Shown: in pieces, positions 63,432-64,000 of the stretch
How the letters are laid out: each line of letters starts with the position of its first letter
Numbering within the stretch: position 1 is the stretch's first letter
NCBI GenBank assembly: GCA_963752385.1
Contig: CAVVYL010000044.1
Coordinates: forward strand, 192,062-256,061
Length of the DNA stretch: 64,000 nucleotides
From: an uncultured Acidimicrobiia bacterium
GTDB lineage: Bacteria; Acidobacteriota; Terriglobia; Versatilivoradales; Versatilivoraceae
Direction: 5' to 3'
The notes under the pieces: generated by a model
Told to the model about the DNA's origin: nothing
What the model saw: only the letters and a program-made list of their open reading frames with translations
Databases searched by the model: none
Made by a program: the position numbers and the translations under genes

Positions 63432-63533
63432 TCCTGCCAAGCATGCACCCCCGATTTGTTACCCCGAGCGTACCCCAGCCGGAAAACCAGCCTGATTTCT
63501 GATCTCAATAATTGTCTAAGTGCTTTGTAATGT

Positions 63534-63610
63534 TGGTGCGCCCGGCAAGACTCGAACTTGCGACCTTCTGATTCGTAGTCAGACGCTCTATCCAACTGAG
63601 CTACGGGCGC
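63534..63610 (-). tRNA. tRNA-Arg (anticodon ACG), CCA encoded
   Basis: rc reads GCGCCCGTAGCTCAGTTGGATAGAGCGTCTGACTACGAATCAGAAGGTCGCAAGTTCGAGTCTTGCCGGGCGCACCA. 7-bp acceptor stem, D-arm, anticodon loop CTACGAA, T-arm GTTCGAGTC. Confidence 0.9.
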
Positions 63611-63616
63611 TTACAA

Positions 63617-64000
63617 TTAACTGACGTGACTCGAGGAGGTTGCAGGTAAGGCCAAAGACTGGCTGCGAGAATCGACTATTTGCCGGTAACCCCCTGCGGT
63701 AACCCCTTTTTGCCGAAAGCTCACCATGCGGTCAAACGCCATTTCGATGAATTCCCTTTGAGGGTGGCAGTATCTCATGCCCATCTGAATATCCCCGTGT
63801 CCGGCGACCCTACAGAGGGTATAGGGGTCACAGCCGGAAGAACCGAGTATAGTCAAGAACGTGTGTCGGAAGCAATAAAGTTCAAAGTGTTCCAGCTCCG
63901 CATCCTTAATCGCCTTCAAGTGTTGCTTCCTGATCGAAGACTCTTCGATGTGTCCTGAAATTGTGGGTGCCGGAAATACCCAGCCTTCCGCTGGCCTACC
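63617..64000 (-). CDS. tyrosine recombinase / phage-type integrase, C-terminal catalytic region; 5' part runs off the window
   Basis: LYCFRHTFLTILGSSGCDPYTLCRVAGHGDIQMGMRYCH carries the R...HxxR...Y catalytic signature (HTF, GH, RYcH). Directly adjacent to tRNA-Arg. Confidence 0.7.
   Translation of the reverse strand, partial: GRPAEGWVFPAPTISGHIEESSIRKQHLKAIKDAELEHFELYCFRHTFLTILGSSGCDPYTLCRVAGHGDIQMGMRYCHPQREFIEMAFDRMVSFRQKGVTAGGYRQIVDSRSQSLALPATSSSHVS

Noticed and set aside
63617-63919. 100-aa ORF adjacent to tRNA considered as a complete small gene
   Set aside because: It carries only the C-terminal catalytic motifs of a tyrosine recombinase. The gene almost certainly continues past 64000 on the minus strand, so it is called partial.

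Overview
High-GC (~58-62%) bacterial chromosomal window. The domain repertoire (DUF1501/DUF1549-DUF1553 pair, PSCyt/WD40 c-type cytochrome protein, BON lipoprotein, FixL/FixJ-like two-component systems, many Gfo/Idh/MocA and xylose-isomerase-like TIM proteins) is consistent with Acidobacteriota or a PVC-group (Planctomycetota/Verrucomicrobiota) genome. This is a guess from domain content only.

Layout by eye:
- 1-12.3 kb: conserved minus-strand sugar-acid/aldehyde catabolic cluster. Gene order is Gfo/Idh/MocA dehydrogenase, secreted tandem alpha/beta-hydrolase, Zn-ADH, ALDH, TAT-signal UxuA-like dehydratase. It is followed by an Asn-synthetase-like orphan and a protoporphyrinogen-oxidase-like flavoprotein.
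- 13.3-14.5 kb: triple-frame IS256-family transposase pseudogene.
- 14.7-26.6 kb: polytopic membrane protein, a sortase-family gene, a BON/glycine-zipper lipoprotein, a FixL/FixJ-like pair, a TupA-like ATP-grasp gene, an orphan receiver, and a DUF481/DUF4136 outer-membrane pair.
- 27-34.7 kb: AT-rich accessory island. Almost every gene is broken: a frameshifted IS1380-like transposase, an aldo/keto reductase, an IS1-family remnant, an arylsulfotransferase, and a PAPS-type sulfotransferase.
- 35-39 kb: giant multi-PAS/GAF HisKA_3 sensor kinase (~1330 aa if intact), interrupted by one single-base frameshift.
- 40.4-47.6 kb: the most interesting locus. A co-directional seven-gene cluster led by a RuBisCO-like protein (form-IV-like RLP), followed by Gfo/Idh/MocA dehydrogenase, sugar-phosphate isomerase/epimerase, alpha/beta-hydrolase, Rpe-like epimerase, PfkB sugar kinase and a UxaC-family isomerase. 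This looks like a candidate uncharacterised sugar/sugar-acid catabolic pathway.
- 47.7-58 kb: DUF1080 protein, then a minus-strand operon (PSCyt1-WD40, giant Ig-like secreted protein, DUF1549/1553, DUF1501) under an IclR regulator.
- 58-64 kb: degraded IS3-like remnant, an intact IS1-family element (inverted relative to the remnant at 30.7 kb), a phage terminase-small-subunit fragment, small secreted/nucleotide-processing-like genes, tRNA-Arg(ACG) and a partial tyrosine integrase running off the window.

No CRISPR array and no rRNA were seen. At least 8 genes carry frameshifts, so this is either genuine gene decay concentrated in mobile/accessory DNA or residual indel error in the assembly.
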